This document shows, one piece after another, positions 1-13,911 of a DNA stretch of 64,000 nucleotides. This stretch comes from Octopus vulgaris. Lineage: Eukaryota. Location: NCBI GenBank assembly GCA_951406725.2, contig OX597830.1, positions 50,530,001 through 50,594,000 on the forward strand. The letters are read 5' to 3'. Below the pieces are notes generated by a model that searched no databases, was not told where the DNA came from, and saw only the letters and a program-made list of their open reading frames with translations. The translations under genes were made by a program, and so were the position numbers. Each line of letters starts with the position of its first letter. The first letter of the stretch is position 1.

Positions 1-385
1 TACAGCTTTGTCTCGAAGAAATTTTTCGTGGCCCTTGTATATGTTTTGTATGTTTGTGAGCCATCGTTTTGCACCTTAGCTGTATATACTATTCCTTTCT
101 CTAGACAATTTCATCCCAGTGGACAACAGCTATGGTCTTTACAATTACAATTTTTCTTCTTAATTCCGGCACTGTAGTTATTTCTAATAGTTTTCGCAGA
201 GGGCTGGTTAATTAAAGAAGTGAAGTTCTTGCAACAAGAACAGCTAATCTTCAGCGTTCTCCTATTAAAAATTCTATGGAACTTATGATCTACTTGAAAG
301 TGCTTAGAAACTAGTTTCAAGAATTCCCTACCAATATTAGTTTTTACGGCTATGTTAAATGTCGGATTGAACCACATGTATTTAT
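1..385 (-). mobile_element. Penelope-like retroelement fragment (linker and start of GIY-YIG endonuclease region), decayed
   Basis: Minus-strand translation reads WFNPTFNIAVKTNIGREFLKLVSKHF..HKFHRIFNRRTLKISCSC..CNCKDHSCCPLG*NCLEKGIVYTAKV..KTY. This matches the WFNPP..VKTNIG..CNC..CPL..CL..VY pattern of Penelope-like elements. There is an in-frame stop at 111-113 and the element runs off the window. Confidence 0.8.
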
Positions 386-571
386 CATGTTGAGTCAAAT
401 GTTATTTGGATTTCCACCGATGATCTTTGACAACTTGTATCTTTATGTTATATAATTAAGTTGATACATCGTGTTGAATGAATATTTTATTATTTAATTC
501 CAGATACAACACATAAACTTAACCTAAACGTTAATTGTTTATACTTTATTTTGTAGCTTTGATAATCAGTA

Positions 572-1180
572 AAATGACCAATTTTACGCTACTTGTGGGA
601 GAAAAGACTAAGTGCAAGGACAGCAGCAAGAGAAATTAATGATGTGGAATTCCCAGGAACTTTCAACGAATGTGTGGCACAAACATGGTTGAGACCTATC
701 AAGGAAGGTGACGCCAGACTTGGTGACAAACCAGGGTTAGGGAGACCTCGCGTTAGGGAAGATGACGCTTTGGTCGAACTACAGTCAAGCACTAGCATTC
801 ATACATTATCAGCAGAACTTGGTCCATCTCAAAGCACCATCAGTCGGCACCTCCATAAGCTTGGCCTTCTGAACAGATGCTGTTGCGAAGTTCTTCATGA
901 ACTAGCCAATGACCAAGCTCAATGACGTGGGATTTTTTGCAAACAACATCGTGGCATTCTTTGTTGGCATATGAAGCTTCACCGTTTCTACAGTCCAGAC
1001 GTTGCACCATCAGATTACCAACTTTTCCGAATCATGACTCCTTTCTTGGAAGGACTTAGGATCAACAATGAGGATAAGATTGAAAGCGTGTGCCTGGAGC
1101 CTAATGATATAAGAGTGGAATTGAACTTCTGACACACAGATGGCAACAATAGAATATGATGGGATATAATTTAATGAATA
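572..1180 (+). mobile_element. mariner transposase remnant, internally deleted
   Basis: N-terminal HTH-like ARTAAREIN..VAQTWL..IKEGDARLGDKPGLGRP (ORF 593-925). The C-terminal mariner motif YSPDVAPSDYQLFR follows at ~989-1030 and GIELLTHRWQ at ~1117-1146. The catalytic middle is missing and no TIRs were seen. Confidence 0.8.
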
Positions 1181-1311
1181 AATGATTTGGCTGTCTGGTA
1201 TACCTTTACCCTATGTGTTCAAACATACATACATACGTACATCAAGACATATATAAGTGTGTGTATATATATATTAGTATATATACATATATATCTGTAT
1301 ATATATGTTTG

Positions 1312-1364
<53 letters not shown>

Positions 1365-1899
1365 GATATAATATATATTACACATAATATAGTGAAAGAA
1401 GTTAGGGTAACTTTCAACCGTTTCTTCTTCAAGCACATGACGATGTTCCTTATTACAATTCAGTACGTAGTCTCAGTTGTTGCTGTATGTTAGTCAACAT
1501 ACATATTGAAATTGAGACGTATGGAAATATGATTTGCTGATTTATTTTATAACAAAACAGGAAAATGGGATGTTCTTTGATATTATTTATTCTTCATTAC
1601 ATATGTTTCGTTTGCTAATAGGAAGTACAAAGTTTTATCTGTTCGATAGATATATAAGGAATTTCCTATTAGAAGTCCTTCAGGCAGAAAAGAGGTTTCT
1701 TAATGTTTATCTTACTTGCGCTCAGGACTTACAATAGCTGAAGACGTGCACTAATCATCGAATTGTTGAAACAGAAACTTAAAGTTCCAAGTGTAAGTCC
1801 CCATTACTATATCATTCAATGAATATACTCTTCTATTTCCGATGAAATTGAGGTCTACCTCTCGTGTCGTCACTCGAGATTTGTCGATATATATGCGTG

Positions 1900-1992
<93 letters not shown>

Positions 1993-3147
1993 GTATGTAT
2001 ATATATATAGAGAGAGAAAGAGAGAAAGAGAGAAAGAGAGAGAGAGAAAGAGAGGGAGAGATTGAGAAAGCAATAAATAGATACACATTTATCAAATATA
2101 CATTTGAAGTACAAATGTATATGTATCGATAACATTAAGTGATCTTTAATCCAAATGTAATTTTGGTAGTTAAAGATATGGCGTCCATATTAGATTATAT
2201 CATTTGTCAGAGTCCATGATCTCAGTTATTGATTTGATAATTTAAAGACATTGATTGATTTATAAATGGAATATTATGAAGCAGAATGAAATTTTTCATG
2301 ACGGACGATAAACACTTGGTACTTTCGTCATATGTTATCACATTAAACTATCAATGATTTCATATCGAAACTTCTACCCGTAAGGATTCCAAGTCTACTA
2401 TAAAATCTTGAAATGGGATGAATTAATCCAACGATGGCAGATATAGGAATAACAGATTATTATTTAATGGACAAATCAACTCTAAGAAGTAATGATGTGG
2501 TTTAAACTAATATAGCATAAGAGGTATAAACCAATTAGAATTTTTTTCCCATCATATGATAGATAACGTAAGAAGTATACTTTTACTACTCTCGGTTAAT
2601 ATCAGGAAATCTGACATATATACAATACTTATTCTTTAACTTTTATCAAATTCCCCAAATACAAAATGATGAGATAAGCATTAATTTTCAATAGAAATAT
2701 ACATGCTTGAAATAAAATCAAATGAGACAAAACAGTGACGGACGTATTCATTCTTAATACGTTTTAGCAGATTTGTTCGTGAATTTGATAACGGCTGCTG
2801 TATTTTGTTTACTGAAAACAGCTTCACCTCATTTCTCATTTGTATAACTCCGCCAATAAATAGTCTGTCGTCTGCTTCTCTGTCGGCTCCTTCTTCTTCC
2901 TCTCTTTCTCCTCTGTGTCTATTATTCCTTTTATCTCAGTGTGCGATTGAGTAGCATTGTTTTCCTCGGCACCTGCCACCAAGCCTAGTATAAACACCTA
3001 TCCTGCACCCATTACTCTAAATCTCATTGTATCTCTGTTTTACTCCCCCCCCCTCGTCTTTCTCTTACGATGAAAAGTGTGACAGGAGAACAACCAACCA
3101 GCCAACCAACATTTATATCGGCTATTATATTTATGCATATGTATAGA

Positions 3148-3335
3148 TGTATGTGTGTGTGAATGTATGTATGTATGTATGTATGTATGTATGTATGTAT
3201 GTATGTATGTATGTATGTATGTATGTATGTTTGTATGTATGTATGCATGTATGTCTATATTTATGTATGTATGTATATATGTATCTCTATATTTATGTAT
3301 GTATGTATATTCGCACATGTATGTGTGTGTGTGCG
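3148..3335. repeat. (ATGT)n/(GT)n compound microsatellite
   Basis: Direct reading of the sequence. Confidence 0.95.
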
Positions 3336-3885
3336 TCGTTTGAGAAGTGTATTTATGCTAGTTTATGTGTGAGCCTCCTGTAAAGAAAAAGGAAAACGTC
3401 GTTAAATAAACGTATCGATATATATATATAGATCGATGAGATAGGTATTGGTCTGAAATATGTACTAAAGTCAATATTCACGACTAAAATCTTTTGAAGG
3501 CAGTGCCCCAGCTTGGCCGCAGAGTAAAAGGTGAAGCCATTCAAATAGAAGAAAAAAAACACATAGACTTCAGGATCCAGACGTTTATCAAGAATATAGA
3601 AAGTGAGTGATTAATGTTTGGAGAAAAGACAAGATTTATGGTGAATATTGATTTATGGACGAAGGGATAAGGTAGGGGGGGTGTTTGGGTGTAGGTGGGG
3701 GTGATGTGTTAAGGTCCAACGAAGAATGCTCGACCATTTGTTTGTGTTTAAGTTACGATGTCTTAGGGTAAAGAAAAATAAAAAGCAGAATTCCTTCCGT
3801 TGAGAGTTTAGAATAAATGGCAAATAGGTTAGAGGAATAAAGAAATTTGGAAAACGAATGAACGATATAAAATAAAAGAAAGAAG

Positions 3886-3933
<48 letters not shown>

Positions 3934-6059
3934 AGAATGGAGAGAGAAAAAGAGAGAGAAAAACAAAGAGTGTAATGGAGGAAGAAAGGGTGACAGAAGG
4001 TAAAATAGATTTTATTTGTTAAACAGATCGGAATAAGAATGAAAATTTGATAATAAGAGATCTGGGGAATGTTTGGCATCGCGTTGAAAATGGTAAAATG
4101 GGGAACAGGAAGTGTAACCATTTATTTTACTTTTATACCTATTTGCCTATTTATTTAGCTTGTTTGCATTTTTTATTCTTTTTAATTTATTTTTTTTCTT
4201 TCTTGCCTTGTCTGCCTCTCTGACTGTCTGTATGCCTGCATGGCTGTTATGGATCGATTTACGTTTAGAAAAACCAGTGAGAAAAGATAATTTTCTGTAG
4301 AATGTATTGTATGCGCTGTGTGTGTATGTGTGTGTGTGTGTGTGTGCGTGTGTGCGTGTGCGTGTGTGTGTGCGTGTATGTGTGTGTGTGTGTGTGTAAA
4401 TGTGTATCTGAATGCGTGAGTTTTTGTGTGTGGGGGCGTGTGTTTGATTGTGCGTGTGTGTGCATGTGCGTGTGTGTGGTCTATGTGTCTGTGTGTGCGT
4501 GGCTTCTGTAATTGGTTCCCATCTCTCTATTTCCCTCCGCACCAGCCACCCGTCTACACCCATTAATGATTTGTTCAGGTGACATAACAAATACAATATC
4601 AGAGTTTACCACACAATCTACCCCACCCCTTTCCCTTTATCATTGCCACAACAATTACCCGGAAGTCCTCTCAATCAAAGAACCGCCAAACTTCCCTCCA
4701 CCCGATACCAATACTAATCTAGACAAGGAACTACAGATGAAATGATAAAGTACACCTGGATTCTTCTAAATGTGATTCCCAATCCAATAAATGGTCGACG
4801 CATTTAGCAGCCCGGAATTCTGTTAAATTATGAGTATTATGAAAAACCAATTCTCCAGATAATAAGAAGGTTGACAAGTCATTTTGCCATGATCAGTGGA
4901 AGTCGCTAAATTTTAACTTACGTTGTCTTATTTCTATTACGGTAGCGAATTATCATGGTAAATAAATTTGGAATTTTCCAAAACAGATAATTCACTTTGA
5001 CGTCAATGATAGAATGTTGACTAATTATACATTGAGAAACCTGTTTCCTACTAACGTTTGCAGTAATTCAACAGAACAGTCGCTTGCAGCTTATCACAGA
5101 ACACTAGACTTATGCTATAAGTTATTATTACTACAAGACAAGCAGTTCTACTGCGCAGTTTTACAAACCCTGACCCTCGGCCGCCACCATAAACCAATAT
5201 AGGATATGTCTGTTTAGATTTAATCAGACTGTGTTTAATATTCACCGATTCCACAGCGAGTTTTGATGAGATTTGCATGTGATATATTCTCTTACCAAAC
5301 ACAATTTGCTGGAATTTATTTGTTTAAGGAAGAACTGGATTGTCAGAATTGACAGAGACCAAGGGACATAATGCATCGCCCTAATTACTAGCATCCATAG
5401 ATCTTTTGTTCTGAGATCAATAATTGCCTTGGTTGCCTTTAGTTTTTCATTCTTCAGGGTGTGGAAGGAATACCAGACATGCACTGGAGCCAACAGAATA
5501 GACATCTTACCTACCCTAAAACATGTGTGATCTTGTGACTGCATCAGTAAGTGCTGACTTAGCAGTTCTGTTATGGCGCTGGACGAAATGCCTTGCAGCA
5601 ATTGTCCCTGCTCTTTTACGACCTGGGTTCGAGTCCGGTTGAGGTCAACATTATCTTTTATCCATTTGGCATCGGTGAAATAAATGCATCAATCCTAATT
5701 ATTGGATTGTAGGAATTGTCTCAGTCTTGAACCAAATGCCTTGTGGTAATGCTTCGGCTTTTTACCTTTTGCGTTTCCAAGCCAACGTAGATTTATTGCC
5801 CATTATATGGCGTCATGTGAAAAAGAAATGAAAAGAAAAAAAAGAGACTGAAAGAAGTCATGAGAAAATGAACTTTGAATTCACCAATTAAAATTCCATG
5901 ATTAATTCTGCATTGATCGTGGAAGTCACCATGGGATGATCGTCGATGAAATGTCACAGAAAGGATATATCAATGTTAAACTTAGTTAAACATCATTTGT
6001 TTAAAGAGACGCAGTGGTTGAAACAAAAGTTTATGATAAAATATTGTGTGGTATCTTTT

Positions 6060-6275
6060 ACTTTTATTTGTTTCAAGCCATATGGCTGCAGCCATGCTGG
6101 GGCGCCAACTTGAAAGGTTTTAGTTGAATAAATCGATCCAAGGGCTTATTTAGCTTAAAACCTGTTACTTATTCTGTCTATCTCTCTTGTCGAACTGATA
6201 AGTCACGGGACGTAAACACACCAACTCAGGTTGTCTAGCGGTGGTCGGGTACAAATACAGACGCAAAGACACACA
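6060..6275 (-). mobile_element. SINE family A, diverged 3' half
   Basis: Reverse complement of the 3' body of the full copies at 19589-20405 (gcagccatgctgg..., cggggacgtaaacacacca). Confidence 0.7.
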
Positions 6276-6366
6276 GAGTCATAGATACATACATATATAT
6301 ATATTACATACATACCTCCATACATACCTCCATACATACACATGTATGCATGTATGTATGTATGCA

Positions 6367-6422
<56 letters not shown>

Positions 6423-6424
<2 letters not shown>

Positions 6425-6830
6425 CTCTTTCACTCTTTTACTCTTTTATTTGTTTCAGTCATTTGACTGCGGCCAAGCTTGGGTACCACCTTTGATCGAA
6501 CGAAATCGACACCAAAATTTCTTCTTTGTAAGCCTAGTACATTTTCTATCCGTCTCTTTTGCCAAACTGCTAGGTTACGAGGATGTAGACACACAAACAT
6601 CAGTTGTCAAGTAATGGTTGTGGACAAACACAGAGACACACACACACACACACATACACACATATCTATATGACGGGCTTCTTTCAGTTTCCGTCTACCA
6701 AAAATTCACTCACAAGGCTTTGGTCGGCCCGAAGCTATAGTGCGGGACACTTACCAAAGGTGGCACGCAGTGGAAATGAACCCCGAACCATGTGGTTAGG
6801 AAGCAAACTTGTAACCACACAGCCACGTGT
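6423..6830 (-). mobile_element. SINE family A, near full length (tRNA-like head, internal microsatellite, (AAAAGAGT)n tail)
   Basis: Reverse complement of the copies at 19589 and 19992 along its whole length. Confidence 0.85.
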
Positions 6831-6848
6831 GTATATATATATATATGC

Positions 6849-6912
<64 letters not shown>

Positions 6913-7729
6913 CTATGCATGTATGTATATATATACGTTAGTTGAGTTAGAGGTTAAAATAACCGTCTAGGGGATAGAAGTATCCATTGCACTACCAGTG
7001 TATTACCTTTATTCAACCATGGATATACATATGCAAACATAAGGATAAACATGTTGTTGTTGTTCTTGGTGGTGGTGGTGGTGGTGGTGGTGGTGGTGGT
7101 AGACTAAATTTTCACGTTAATCCCTATGGAAAGAGATTCAAGCTGGGACCACGCCAGACTGAAGCCAATTAGAAATACACCTTGGATGCAATACTTTAAG
7201 TTTCAAAAATGATGACAATACTTTAAAGCTTCTAAAAATGATGACGCAAACAGCTTCTGTTTGACACTAATCAAATAACATCATCATAGTTCGTTCATCA
7301 GTGAGAGAAAAAAACATAGTAAGCTGGACTCTCTTATTTCAGTTACATTCACATACAAATTGACTCCCATACTCAAATAATGGCACGTCTTCCAGGCTCC
7401 ACGTGAATTCATTGAGATGTGAAGCATAGCACTAACTTTGTCTATCTATATCAGGCAGATGTAACCACGAACGGTCATCCAAATTTATGATTGTTCCATG
7501 ACAATAAGATATAAAAACAGCGCTTTCCGTGAAAATATATGGAGTGTTGCCATCTTAATTAATAAGGTGCAAAACCAGGAACTGTTTCCTGTGCTTTCTT
7601 TTAAGATAAGACGATATCCACGATGACACTTTACGATGTAAACTCTAGTTTATGTAACGTAGAAAGTGTGTAGAGTTGAAAAATGGCGCAGTTTCAAATA
7701 TATTTAGTTGTAAAAACCATCCGAAATAC

Positions 7730-8035
7730 ATATATGTGTGTGTGCGTGTGTATTTATGGATACATATAAAATATATAATACATTTTATATATGTATATAT
7801 ATATGTATATAAACATTTATTCATATATATATATACATATATATGTATATATATACATTTATATATGTATATATATATGTATATAAACATTTATATATAT
7901 ATATATATATATACATATATATGTATATATACATTTATATATGTGCGTGTGTATATGTATATATATATGTGTGTGGGTATATATGTATATATATAAGTAT
8001 ATACAATTGGAGAATATATATCTACCTCATTGCCG

Positions 8036-8067
<32 letters not shown>

Positions 8068-8250
8068 TACACATATATGTATGAGTATGTCTATATATAT
8101 GTGTGTGTGTATATATATATGTGTATATATGTGTATGTATATATAGATACATACATATACATACATATATATGTACATATGTATGTATGTATATGTATGT
8201 ATGTATCTATATGTATTATATATATATATATATAATGCATATACATACAT
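7730..8250. repeat. Degenerate (TA)n/(TG)n low-complexity tract
   Basis: Direct reading; it gives rise to the YI-repeat pseudo-ORFs. Confidence 0.95.
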
Positions 8251-8835
8251 ACCGCCACCACCGTTACCGAGTGCCCACTACTACTACTACTAGCTGTCAG
8301 TCAGTCAACTGGCAGAAGATAAATTGCGACAACTGTCCAATCATTACCAACCCAACCCAACCCCCAACCTCCAACCCCACCTTACGCATAAAAAATATAG
8401 GCACACACACACACACTCACACACACACGCACACACACACACACATATCCAAATATATAGGTACACACACAGCCACACAACCCGTCAAACATACATACAG
8501 ACATCCGAACATACACGCTCACGAACATACATCCACGCATACACACACACACAAGAATACGCCCACACGACCATACATCCACAAGCATGCAAACACGCAA
8601 CCGCATACCTAAATAAACACGCAACCCACACACCATCACCGCCGCCGCGCCGCATCACTCAATACAAATGGATGCCAAAGCATTATTCCAATGAAAGCAT
8701 TATTCCAATGATGCGTTTCGTTTCACTTTCTTATAAATGAAAAAAAAAGAAGAAAAAAAAAACAAAATGGTCTCACTTTCCTTCCGCACATTATTTTGTC
8801 TGTTTTTAGCAGGACGACCCATTGTGTACGTGTGT

Positions 8836-8894
<59 letters not shown>

Positions 8895-9121
8895 TGTGTA
8901 TGTATGTGTTTGTGAGTGCGCTCGTACGTGCGTGTATGTGTGTTGTTAGTATGTTGTCTTTTATACTTGCTTTTGACTTACTTTTTATTTTGTTGATATA
9001 TATATATATACGTTTATATATGTGTGTGTGTGTGTGTGTGTGCGTGTGTGCGAGTGTGTATATATATATATATATATATATATGCACAAAGACAGATATA
9101 TATATATACACTGGCACACAT

Positions 9122-9164
<43 letters not shown>

Positions 9165-9251
9165 CACAAAGACAGATATATATATATATGGACACACACT
9201 TATGTGTATGTTGATGTGTATGTATGCAAGAATATATGTATGTGTATACCA

Positions 9252-9260
9252 TTGTTATTG

Positions 9261-9303
<43 letters not shown>

Positions 9304-10262
9304 TGACCTCTGATCTGCATGTTTGTTACAATCGCTTGCCGAGACACACCCAGCGTCCTGGGGCGAGTGAAGGATAAGAGATGTTACATTATGACTGAAA
9401 GTTTGGGGAGGAGAAGTAGTGAAATATCTTCATGTAATGCAACATTGGCATTTAAATGGATATGGATTTTCTAAGGATGTGGGCAGTACTTGTCAGTACA
9501 ATCTTTTGGATTTCTCTGAGACATGGTTCTCATGGGATCTTATCTAGATGTTTGTGACATCCCTTTTTTTTATTACACCTAGGGCACCTACAATAACAGG
9601 AACTGTTTACTTGTCAGTACAATCTTTTTGATTTCTCTGAGACATGGTTCTCATGGGATCTTATCTAGATGTCTCTGACATCCCTTTTTTTTTCATCACA
9701 CCTAGGGCACCTACAATAACAGGAACTGTTCTCGTTTAAGATGCTGCATCTTTTGTATTTCGATTTCCAGGTACTTATATTTGCTTAGTTTCTAAAATTC
9801 CTTTACAGATATATTTTTATCAGTAGGGACATTTACATCTGTTAGTCTACAGGTATTTTCTTCCCTGTCTTTAATAATTATGTGTAGTCGATTAGCTTGG
9901 ATTGTTCTGTCAGTGTTGACTGGAAAATCCCAGACACTGATGCACATGCCAGTAAACAGGAGTGCTGATTTTGTAGTGTTTACATATTTTCCAATATAAA
10001 TACTGTCCTACCCTATCGTGACGATTTTTGTTTTCGTGGTGTCAGTACAGGACATCCTGAGACGAGATGGTCTATTATTTCGTCAATGTGTCACAGAATC
10101 TGCATTTAGGGTCAGAACTCTTTTGAAGGACATTAGCCTGGTACTTTTTTGTGAGCAAGCTTTGATCTTGTGCCGCCAATATGAAAACTTCAATCTCTGT
10201 TATGATTCCTGAACTTCTCAGCCACTGATGGGTTGTTACTTGATATATTCTGTCCATGCAGA
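9252..10262 (-). mobile_element. 5'-truncated RLE-type non-LTR retrotransposon (Dong/R4-like), 3' end with (AAT)n tail, decayed
   Basis: Minus strand reads HQWLRSSG..EIEVFILAAQDQSLLTKKYQANVL..DPKCRFC..IDHLVSGC (CCHC finger). Fragments TDRTIQANRL, KLSKYKYLEIEIQKM and TVPVIVGALG (PD-(D/E)xK endonuclease region) follow, then a short 3' UTR and an (AAT)n tail at ~9252-9304. Many frameshifts. Confidence 0.85.
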
Positions 10263-10415
10263 GGCTTCTGGCTCCACCGCTCCTTAATTTGAGAAAACAA
10301 CAGAAGAAAGGGATAATAGAATATAGAGGTGGTTTTATATCTCTTTCTATAAATATTACACTTGAAACTGTATATATTTGAAAGTGTATATCAAAGGTTA
10401 ATATTTATTTCTACT

Positions 10416-10630
10416 TAAGGTGAACTGGCAGAAACGTTAGCATGCCGGGCGAAATGCTTAGCGGTATATCGTCTGTCTTTACGTTCTGAGTTCAAATTCC
10501 GCCGAGGTCGACTTTGCCTTTCATCCTTTCGAGGACGATAAATTAAGTACCAGTTGCGTACTGAGTTCAATCTCATCGACTGACTCCCTCCCCCAAAATT
10601 TCTGGCCTTGTGCCTAGAGCTGAAAAGAAA
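10416..10630 (+). mobile_element. SINE family B (tRNA-like head plus gtcgactttgcctttcatcctttc core)
   Basis: A-box-like tggcagaaacgttagc, B-box-like gagttcaaattcc, and a core shared with more than 10 other copies in the window. Confidence 0.85.
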
Positions 10631-11144
10631 AGAATATTTATCCCCACTTAAAAGTGAATATTGTTTTAGGACATAGAATATTGGGATAGATAACATGTCT
10701 ATTTGCGATAGATAACATGTCTGTTTCTATGTATATCGCTAGCAGAGCAATCGCTGCTATTTCTAGCGTTCAAGCGTCTACTATTGACGAGTCCAAGAAA
10801 GACCGCAATTACGTAATCTGATAGACCTGGTGGCGGTAATGGCGTTAATTGTCTCCCGCTATCGATGTAAACTCGAGTATGTATATTCACCACAGAACCA
10901 CATGAAAGGTTTTCCCATGGTAACTATCGCAGTATTTTATGTTTTAACACATTGTTATATCCTTATAGATAAACGAATACACTGCAACGGTCTAATAAAA
11001 TTATAACCGAAACAAACGGCAGTAATCACTTGGAACGTAACAACACACTTTTAAGAATCGACAATCCCCACGCGCTAACACGAACTGTAAACTTTGAACT
11101 CCAACTTAAAATTATCAACACATGAACCGCTACTATTTATATAT

Positions 11145-11557
11145 ATATTTCTTTACTGCCCACATCGGGGCTAAACATAGAGGGGACAAACAAGGGACGA
11201 AGTCGATTACATCGACCCCAGTGCGAAACTGGTACTTTATTTATCGACCCCGAAAGGATGAAAGGCAAAGTCGACCTCGGCGGAATTTGAACTCACAACG
11301 TAACGACAGACGAAATACCTATTTCTATTTCTTTATTACCCACAAGGGGCTAAACACAAAGGGGACAAACAAGGACAGACATAGGTATTAAGTCGATTAC
11401 ATCGACCCCAGTGCGTAACTGGTACTTGATTTATCGACCCCGAAAGGATGAAAGGCAAAGTCGACCTCAGCGAAATTTGAACTCACAACGTAACGCAGAC
11501 GAAATACCGCTAAGCATTTCGCCCGGCGCGCTAACGTTTCTGCCAGCTCACCGCCTT
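11145..11557 (-). mobile_element. SINE family B, dimeric form (one head plus two ~190-bp body units)
   Basis: The core ccgaaaggatgaaaggcaaagtcgacctc occurs twice (~11249, ~11439), with a single head at ~11557. Confidence 0.85.
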
Positions 11558-12082
11558 ATTTATATATATTTATATATTTATATATATTTATATATAGTGG
11601 CCCAGTCCATGCTCACCAGGGGGTGTCGTACTCTCGCACAACACACGCACACATTTAAGCGGGGATAAATATTACCTTTCGTTATTTATACTTTTTTCTG
11701 TCTCTATCAATTATTCTATATCGTAAGTGTTTAGTGTAGAGAACATCATTCAGTCATATACAACTGTTACTTTGTTTCATATTCACATTTTGATCTTTCC
11801 ATCTCTGCAACTACACCAGCTTCTATAACGGAATTTATGTTTCGGTTATGGTGTAACAGTGTGTTATATTGTGGTGTTGGAGTGATAAGTAAGTTGTGTG
11901 TTATGTGTGGTGCTGCTTTATGTGGTTAGTGTGATGTATGTGTTTTTATGTTGTGTCTTGTCTTCTTGGAATGAGAAATCTGTTGTAGGGTTGGCTTAAT
12001 ATCCGTGTTGTTTATGAGTTGCGCTGTGCTGCGTTATCTTGCTTCCATGGTAACTGTGTTGTTTTCTTGCTCGTGGTGTAGT

Positions 12083-12645
12083 GAGGGCGCGTGGTTTAGT
12101 GGTTAGGATGTTGGACTAATGATTGTATGATTGCTGTTTCGATTCCTGGACCGTGTGATGAGTTGTGGTTTTGAGCAAAACACTTCATTTCACGTTGCTC
12201 CAGTAAACTCAGCTGGCAAAAATGAGTGACCCTGCAACAGACTGGCTTCAAGTCTAGGTGGGGAACACATACGCCACAAAAATCGGGAAACCGTCCTCAT
12301 GAGTCTCTATGACTCGGAGTGAAGGCGCGTGGCTTAGTGGTTAGGAGCATTCGGCCCATGATTGCATGGTCGTGAGTTCAATTCTCGGCGGTGTTTTGTG
12401 TCCATGAGCAAGACACTTTATTTCACGTTACTTCAGTCCACTCAGCAGGCAAATATGAGTAGTGCCTGTATTTCAAAGGGCCAGCCTTGTCACAACCTGT
12501 GTCACGCTGAATCTCCTCGAGAACTACGTTAAGGGTACACGTGTTTGTAGAGTGCTCAGCCAGTTGCACGTTAATTTTATGAGCAAGCTGTTCCGTTGAT
12601 CGTATCAGGTGGAACCCTCGTCGTCGCAACCGACGGAGTGCTCCT
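12083..12645 (+). mobile_element. Two tandem SINE family C copies (tRNA-like head, ttgagcaagacactttatttcac core)
   Basis: Heads gggcgcgtggtttagtggttagg (~12085) and aggcgcgtggcttagtggttagg (~12323), each followed by a B box and the shared core; their 3' parts differ. Confidence 0.85.
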
Positions 12646-12669
12646 ATGATTCGGAATGGAGCATTATCC

Positions 12670-12960
12670 TTTATGTGATGAATGTGCTCTTTATCGGTTG
12701 TGTGTGTTGTGTTATGCGTGATAACCGAGCTATTTATGTGTTGTGGTGTCTGTGATATCTGCTGTTTATATGTTGTATGTGTTGCGTTCTATGCGTTGTA
12801 GTGCCGGTGTGATATCTATGATATTTATTAGTTGTGTGTGTTATACTGTATTGTTGATGCGACAACCGTGTTGTGTTATTGATGTGACAACTGTGTTGTA
12901 TTGTGCTGTTGATGTGACAACCGTGTATTGTGTATTTTATGTTGTATTTACTATTATCAC
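12670..12960. repeat. GT-rich low-complexity tract with three ~27-30-bp degenerate units (gatgtgacaaccgtgttgt)
   Basis: Units at ~12856, 12881 and 12911. A similar TG-rich tract at 11830-12070 lies on the other side of the SINE pair. Confidence 0.6.
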
Positions 12961-13596
12961 TCCCTCTGTATATTCCGCCATGGCATTAAGCTACAAACTT
13001 CTATGCATATATTTTTTTCTCTTACTTTCTCAGACAATTTTAATTTTCTTGCCATAGATATCAAGACAAAGCATAGATAAAACCATGATATGATTCCCTA
13101 ATGGAATCTGCAAAGTACTTTCAAGTTAGTGACATTGTACGTGCAGGTAATATAAATGAAACTCAAACAACTACATCTATTTTATAACCTAAACAATAAG
13201 AACACCTTCAACCAAAGACACAAACAAAATTTTTTTTTTTTTCTTTTTAACTTTTAATTTGAAATCGGAGCCAGAATTTACCAATTCCATTTCCTCTCAT
13301 TTTTTACACTCTCTCACAGACAAATAAGTAAATTAAAATGGATTCCGTTTGGAGAATAAAATGAAATGATAAAAAATAGTTGATAATAAAATTACTTGAA
13401 GAATACAAAGGAAAAACATTTTCTGTCTTTGGGGAGAAAACACATTCGAGATTTGCCAACAAAAATGTCGTTGGATATAATTCTGTCAATAGATGTTTTG
13501 AGTTCGGTTAGAACGTGGCTCGACGTAATCTTTCGTCTTGGGCAAGAAGGTGAGGTTCAAAAACGCATGTGCTGAGGTAAATAAGTAGATTTAGGC

Positions 13597-13911
13597 CAGT
13601 GGTTCTCAAATGGGGTCCATACTAGAGTTTTATGGGTCCACGCAAGCAAAATAATGAATTGGGGACCCGCAGTAGTATTTTAAGTGTCCGTGAAAAATCT
13701 TCACTTTCGATGTATTTATTGTAAGAAACGACTAAACTTTCTTGAACTTTGTTCAAGTTACGTTGTTCAAGTTAATGTGTGAAAAACAAAATAGGAATTT
13801 TGAAAGAACTCTCTCTGAATCTATGTTCTAGACATGGAATGGCTATTGGTGTCAACCAGAAAAAATGTTAATCAAAAAGGTCCGTAGATAAAAATTGACT
13901 GAGAACCACTG
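13597..13911. mobile_element. hAT (Charlie-like) MITE, 315 bp
   Basis: 12-bp TIR cagtggttctca...tgagaaccactg. 8-bp TSD atttaggc (13589-13596) / atttagac (13912-13919), one mismatch. Repeated subterminal ggtcc motifs. Confidence 0.85.

Noticed and set aside
4512-4745. 77-aa non-repetitive ORF
   Set aside because: No recognisable domain, a non-ATG start, and a length expected by chance.
13493-13549. Possible 57-bp exon (ag|ATGTTTTG..CAAGAAG|gtgagg; DVLSSVRTWLDVIFRLGQE)
   Set aside because: Weak polypyrimidine tract, no recognisable homology and no neighbouring exons. It would need RNA-seq support.
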